DNA of 17,825 nucleotides from Verrucomicrobiales bacterium (GTDB lineage: Bacteria > Verrucomicrobiota > Verrucomicrobiia > Verrucomicrobiales > SLCJ01), in assembly GCA_046075565.1 (NCBI GenBank), contig JBJTQJ010000065.1, positions 1 through 17,825 of the forward strand, written 5' to 3'. A model generated the notes under the pieces. The model was not told the DNA's origin. It made no database searches and was given only the letters and a program-made list of their open reading frames with translations. Shown piece after piece: positions 16,333-17,825 of this stretch. Made by a program: the position numbers and the translations under genes. Every line of letters starts with the position of its first letter. The stretch's first letter is position 1.

Positions 16333-17565
16333 TCAGCGCAACTGCCGAGCCTCGATCTGCCCATACCAAGCCCTGCTGACATTCATGAGAGTGCGCTGGA
16401 GATCGATCGCAGGCTGCAGGCTGGGAAGACCAGGAGAGGAGTTGAAGTTTCCGGTTAAGGTCAAATACTGCTGATTCGAGGTGAAGTTGGGCAACGTCGA
16501 GAGCGCCGTGACGAGAGGCTGGAAAGGAGGAGCAAAGCCTGTGGCCTGTTGATTAGGCGCCGTGTAGTAGAAACCTGCGGGCCGGGGAAGCACCCAGCTG
16601 ATGAAGGTAAGGCCGCCGCCCGGAAAGAGTGCATACGCCCTGGACTCGTTGGAGACGCCGTAATTGGCCGAGTTGCCGTAATCGGCAGAGGTGCCCGGAA
16701 AGGGGCCGATGTATTGATATTGGACGAAAATTTTCAGGTCCGACGGATTGTTGGCCGGATAACACCACGCGGCATACACTTGCATGTTGTCGGAACTCAG
16801 ATAACGCCACATTCCGCTGACGCGATTGCCGGTTTGGATCGCGTTGACTCTGACGCGCAACCCGGTGTCGGTGGATGGAATCTGCAGGATTCTGCGGATT
16901 TCCCCACTCACATACGTGATGGTATCGATGACGGTCACATCGGGCGCATACGCGGCGTCAGCACCGGCACCAGCGAATAGGTCATTGATGAGCCCCGTGC
17001 CAAACATGTCGGCGTCGGAGCTGTTGGCTAGCCCGTCGCCATCCAAATCGCCATCCAGACCGTTGGCAGTCCCATCGCCATCGGTATCGACTTCACCAAC
17101 CTCGCCATCGGCCAGGCCGTCGCCATCGATGTCCGTCTCGTCGGTCGCGTTTTCGGCCAAGCCATCGCCATCGATGTCCGTCTCGTTGGCCGCGTTGTCC
17201 GCCAATCCGTCGCCATCGATGTCCGTCTCGTTGAGTGCGTTGTCCGCCAATCCGTCGCCATCGATGTCCGTCTCGTTGAGCGCGTTGTCGGCCAAACCGT
17301 CCGCATCCATGTCGAGCTCCTGGGGCGAGTTGTTCGGCAGATTGTCGCCGATGTATTTGCCGCGTAGCGGGCCGGACTGCGCGATGCCGCCGTCGATATT
17401 GCGGTCGGCCCCGTTGAGGATGCCGTCGTTGTCCACATCGCGGTCGATGATGTTTGGAATGCCGTCCCGGTCCAGATCGGCGGTGGAAGTTTGCGCACGG
17501 CTTGTTTCGGCACCGACGAAGGACAGCGCAATGCTTGCGATCAACAGGAGGTTGGATGATTTCAT
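16333..17565 (-). CDS. Secreted protein with thrombospondin-type-3-like DxDGDG calcium-binding repeats and an unrecognised C-terminal domain
   Basis: Signal peptide (MKSSNLLLIASIALSFVGAETSRA-Q), DLDRDGIPN..D.DVDNDGI, tandem DIDGDGLADNA.NET units, then about 210 aa of non-repetitive sequence. Start ATG 17565 (GTG 17571 alternative). Confidence 0.88.
   Translation of the reverse strand: MKSSNLLLIASIALSFVGAETSRAQTSTADLDRDGIPNIIDRDVDNDGILNGADRNIDGGIAQSGPLRGKYIGDNLPNNSPQELDMDADGLADNALNETDIDGDGLADNALNETDIDGDGLADNAANETDIDGDGLAENATDETDIDGDGLADGEVGEVDTDGDGTANGLDGDLDGDGLANSSDADMFGTGLINDLFAGAGADAAYAPDVTVIDTITYVSGEIRRILQIPSTDTGLRVRVNAIQTGNRVSGMWRYLSSDNMQVYAAWCYPANNPSDLKIFVQYQYIGPFPGTSADYGNSANYGVSNESRAYALFPGGGLTFISWVLPRPAGFYYTAPNQQATGFAPPFQPLVTALSTLPNFTSNQQYLTLTGNFNSSPGLPSLQPAIDLQRTLMNVSRAWYGQIEARQLR
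17088..17312 (-). repeat. Intragenic 45-bp tandem repeat, about 5 units (15 aa DIDGDGLADNAxNET)
   Basis: CGCCATCGATGTCCGTCTCGT recurs at 45-bp spacing (about 17121, 17166, 17211, 17256), with more degenerate flanking units. Confidence 0.9.
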
Positions 17566-17608
17566 GGCCACTTTGGTCTTTGTTCGATTCGGCTGCTATT
17601 TGGAATAT

Positions 17609-17825
17609 TCAAAGAAGCAGCGGTGCTTCCAACGTCCCATACCAAGCCCTGCTCACATTCATGATGGTGCGCTGGAGGTTGATCAAGGGCTGCAAAGTGG
17701 AAAGCCCGGGAGAGGTGCCCAAATTTCCGGAGAACTGCGGCCCGAAGAACACATCCTGCTGGTCCGAGGTGAAATTCGGCAGCGAAGCCAGTGCGTTGAC
17801 CAATGGTTGGTAAGGAGGAGCGAAG
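17609..17825 (-). CDS. 3' end of a paralog of the 16333-17565 gene; runs off window end
   Basis: Open frame FAPPYQPLVNALASLPNFTSDQQDVFFGPQFSGNLGTSPGLSTLQPLINLQRTIMNVSRAWYGTLEAPLLL aligns with FAPPFQPLVTALSTLPNFTSNQQ...SPGLPSLQPAIDLQRTLMNVSRAWYGQIEA. Confidence 0.9.
   Translation of the reverse strand, partial: FAPPYQPLVNALASLPNFTSDQQDVFFGPQFSGNLGTSPGLSTLQPLINLQRTIMNVSRAWYGTLEAPLLL

Noticed and set aside
17088-17312. 45-bp periodic repeat as a CRISPR array
   Set aside because: No unique spacers; in-frame coding repeat inside a signal-peptide protein.

Overview
GC-rich bacterial DNA, most consistent with a PVC-superphylum organism, probably Verrucomicrobiota (inferred from the PEP-CTERM protein, the Tat-exported Gfo/Idh/MocA plus DUF1080 pair and the style of the IS110 N-terminus). 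Positions 1-14.75 kb are ordinary chromosomal genes: 5' part of rarA, a Phd/VapC toxin-antitoxin pair, EF-hand lipoprotein, DUF2452, DUF1080 plus Gfo/Idh/MocA oxidoreductase, TPR protein, exported protein plus M23 peptidase, HtrA protease, TraB/GumN-like protein, small lipoprotein, GT2 glycosyltransferase and uvrA. From about 14.8 kb the window looks accessory. An IS110-like left end and a 43-codon transposase stub are cut exactly by one copy of a ~100-bp direct repeat, whose second copy lies 1021 bp further on. The two copies bracket a self-contained PEP-CTERM gene with its own promoter. Next come a densely structured ~180-bp non-coding segment and two tandem paralogous genes; the complete one encodes a secreted DxDGDG-repeat protein, and both share an unrecognised C-terminal domain. 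This repeat-delimited surface-protein region is the best candidate for something undescribed. All family assignments are from motif recognition; no searches were run.
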